From contig CM060731.1 in NCBI GenBank assembly GCA_030704615.1, forward strand, positions 4,278,001 through 4,342,000: 64,000 bases of DNA, in the 5' to 3' direction. This stretch comes from Takakia lepidozioides. Taxonomy: Eukaryota > Plantae > Bryophyta. Positions 61,201-64,000 of this stretch are shown one piece after another (the first letter of the stretch is position 1; the number at the start of each line of letters is the position of its first letter). A program made the translations under genes and the position numbers. Below the pieces are notes generated by a model. The model did not search any database, was not told the origin of the DNA, and was given only the letters and a program-made list of their open reading frames with translations.

Positions 61201-63966
61201 TTAGCCATTTTCGGGCTAAGTCCTAGGGTGGCTGGCCCAGAACTGGAAATTCGGCGCCGTTTTCCAGTTCTAGGCCCTATTGCCGTCCAGGGACTTAGCC
61301 ATTTTCGGGCTAAGTCCCTAGGGGTGGTGGCCCGGAAACTGGAAATCGGCGCCGTTTTCCAGTTCTAGGCCCTATTGCCGTCCGGGATGACTAGCCATGT
61401 TCGGCTAAGTCCTAGATGGCTAGCCCTTGAGTGGAATGAATTCGGCGCATATTCCAGTTCCAGGCCCTATTGCCGTCCAGGGACTTAGCCATTTTTCGGA
61501 CCTCATTGTGTTTTTCATGAATGCAGGTACTGTAAGTTCTCGCTTTTGGAGAAAGGTCATCTGTCTTTCGAGCCACCATTCTTCCTGGCATGGAGGAACC
61601 CTGGGCTGACTCCATGTACACTGACGATATTGTGAAGGAGTGGCATCTGGAACATTTGCGTGATTGCCCTTGGTATGGGACCTTCCGCCCGGCTCGCTCG
61701 ACCCATCCGAGTTTCAATTGAAGCTGGATGCTGAATTCCGACGAAACCGGGCTCCGCTGCCTCCGTTGGGTGCAAAAGAGGCAAAAGCGCTTGCGAACTC
61801 CAGGAAAGCGGTAGGGTAGAGCTTGCTCAGGCAGGAATTCAGGGAGAAATTGCATGAGAAGAGTAAAGGTCAAAGGAAAAGGACAAGGAAACAGGTGACT
61901 GCAGTAACACCCAAAAGAAGAAAACCATCGGGGCATCGGAGGAGGCGCAGGAGGGACCAAGAGAGTGACTCCGACGCCGATTTTGTTCAAGGTCCTGCGA
62001 CTGCTGTTGCTCCTACCCAGTCCGGTCGTCCGGGTTCCAAGTCAGTTCGGGTGGGACTGGCTCTGCCAAGAAGTTGGCATTTGAGGGCGAGCCTACACGG
62101 CGGTATTCGGCGGTGACGTTTACGCACAGGCCAAAGCTAGAACCTCCAACCATCATCCAATGCGTCAATGAGAGCTTCCTTGACGCTCTCGCTGCCAGGG
62201 CGAAGAAGGTGGCACACAACAAGTCTCTGGCGGAGCAGAAGGGGAAAGCCAAGAAGAGGGCTGCCGGTACAGAGCCTAAAGACACCCCTGGTTTTGAAGC
62301 CATGATGGAATTCTTCACGGCTGTGAGCACGAATTGCAAGAGCACTCGGGGGGGGTTGAGGTGGAGAGAGCTTGCGACACATGATTCTCCTCGACATTCC
62401 AGATGGGGAGCTGCTGGAGGGCCTGGATGGTGGCCCACCTGGAACAGGTTTACTGAGGACTACTGGAAAGCCGGGTTTGGGCTGGCGGGGATGCTTCTGG
62501 ATGACGGTGGATGTGTGGGGTCCTTGCCACGAGAGGGAAGACCACAGAGAATGCGGTGGCAAGGTGGACACCGAAAAGTTGTCACCCCGGTCCTCCTCAG
62601 AAAATGGTTCTGCATCAGTACGCAGGGGGTTGCGAACAGAGGGCCAAAGTGTAAGTATCAATCTATTGCATTCACTTCATATTGTGGTGTATGTTAAGTA
62701 GACCCTGGAATTGATCCCTTCTTTGTTGGATGTGCAGACATTGGTGTTTGAGCATATTGCTTTGTGAAGAGAGGGTCTACGTTCAAATTCCGCAACGACG
62801 GTCGTCTTGTTGATGCCGCTGTGGACCCTGTAACCTACGATGTCCTCTACAACTATGTGCCCCCACTCTAGTATGCCGAAGGACACAGAGACAGGCAAAC
62901 CGTGGCGGTATGCTCGACGGTCCAAGCCCGGTGTTGCTGGAGGGGGTTTGCTTGGAAAGTCTGCCGGTCTACTGGAGGGGGGGTCTGGCCAGTCTGCTGG
63001 AGAGGTGCTGGTCCGCTCGTCGGTCTGTTGGAGGGTCTGCCCAGTCCGCTAGAAGGTTCGCCATGGTAGATGAACAAAGACTTATGCGGCACGGGTAAGC
63101 CTTCACGTGCTCAGTTTGTCCCCTGGCCCCATTGCAATTGCATGCCGCAAGCTATTAACCGCCCGCTTTGTTCCTCAGGTGCTTCAATGTGGGCAGGGAC
63201 GTTGTCCGACAGGCATGTGTTCGCCTTCGAGCCAGATACTGCCCTCCACAACTCGGAACTTGCAGCGGCTGAACGTCTGCCGAAAGAGGAAGAGGCATCC
63301 TCGGAGGATGAGGAAAAATCCGAGAAGGAGCAGGGGGAGGAAGTTGGGATCGAGGCCGAGGAGCCCCCGGTTTACGAGTGAGTGGTGGCATTGTAAGTTG
63401 CCTCCAGATTTTGTGAGGCACCTCCCTCCGCTCTCTTATTTCATTGAAAACCATTTCTGCTTGTGCTGGTATTGACATTCTTGAAGTGGATTTGTTCTTA
63501 CTGTAGGATGCCAAGTACTGCCGGAGGGACGTCTACACCGGAGTTCATGGGCAGGAGGAACGTGCCTTTTTTTGCCAGGGGGGATTTCATGCCTAGTCCA
63601 GAAAGGGAGTACATCCTTCCTACTTATGCTGCCCGGCTTGCTTCGGTGTCCATTAGGAGGTGTTCCGAACGTAGTCGTGTACAGCAGATTTTAGACGAGG
63701 CAAGCCTCAAGAAAATGAAGATGAGGGAGGAGGCAGCAGCTATTAGAGCCCGTCGGGCTCGTAGATTTGTGTTGGATTCTGCTGAGGAAAGTGGGGGAGA
63801 AGACGCAGAAGATTCCCAGGAGGTGAGGTGGACAGTCCCCCAAGGAGAGGACGGGATTTTTGAGAGGCATAGTGGAACTGATGCATCACAGAGCTCGGAG
63901 GATGAGGGGGATGAGGGGGATGAGGAAGAAGGTGGGGCAAGTTCCTCGGAGGGTGTAGGAGAGTAG
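58300..63966 (+). pseudogene. Multi-exon cargo gene C: charged N-terminus, ParB/Srx-like domain, N6A/N4C-MTase-like domain, acidic tail; frameshifted
   Basis: VWDGNHRLLAW (59375-59389); MILLDIPDG (62381-62407); GKPWR; DLCGTG|ASMWAGTLSDRHVFAFEPD (63079-63240); last exon 63507-63966. Start position approximate. Confidence 0.72.
60790..61500. repeat. Intronic tandem array, ~7 x 94-95 bp, two hairpins per unit
   Basis: GAACTGGAAATTCGGCGCCGTTTTCCAGTTC and AGGGACTTAGCC-ATTTTCG-GGCTAAGTCCCT per unit, between donor ~60734 and acceptor ~61527. Confidence 0.92.
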
Positions 63967-64000
63967 TGCCCATTCCGGCTATGACAGTTAGAACACACTT

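Larger units (their letters stand above)
51374..64000. mobile_element. MULE family member C (>12.6 kb, right end beyond window)
   Basis: Terminus GAGGTTTGCTATTTCATGAGCATGAGC at 51374; transposase on minus; cargo gene on plus; motif arrays. Confidence 0.85.

Overview
Eukaryotic plant genomic DNA, probably from a non-seed land plant (inferred from spliceosomal introns, an RRC1/U2SURP orthologue and the TE families; species not determinable). The first ~3 kb holds the 5' coding exons of a host splicing-factor gene on the minus strand, with a tRNA-derived SINE in an intron. The rest is a nested transposon stack: an L1 3' end, a 500-N gap, a CACTA element, an RTE-like LINE with a 15-bp TSD, three Ty3/Gypsy families, and three members (A, B, C) of one Mutator-like (MULE) family. 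The main observation is that MULE family. It has a GCM/WRKY-like + DDE + SWIM transposase and a divergently oriented multi-exon cargo gene that fuses a ParB/Srx-like domain (VWDGNHR) to a beta-class N6A/N4C DNA methyltransferase-like domain. It also carries element-specific arrays of long palindromes in subterminal, intergenic and intronic positions, and a shared terminal motif. A second notable element is a Gypsy whose pol carries a DNMT3-like C5-methyltransferase in frame before RT and a PHD finger after integrase. Most TE ORFs have frameshifts or stops (decay and/or assembly indels). All domain calls are motif recognition by eye and need HMM or structure confirmation.
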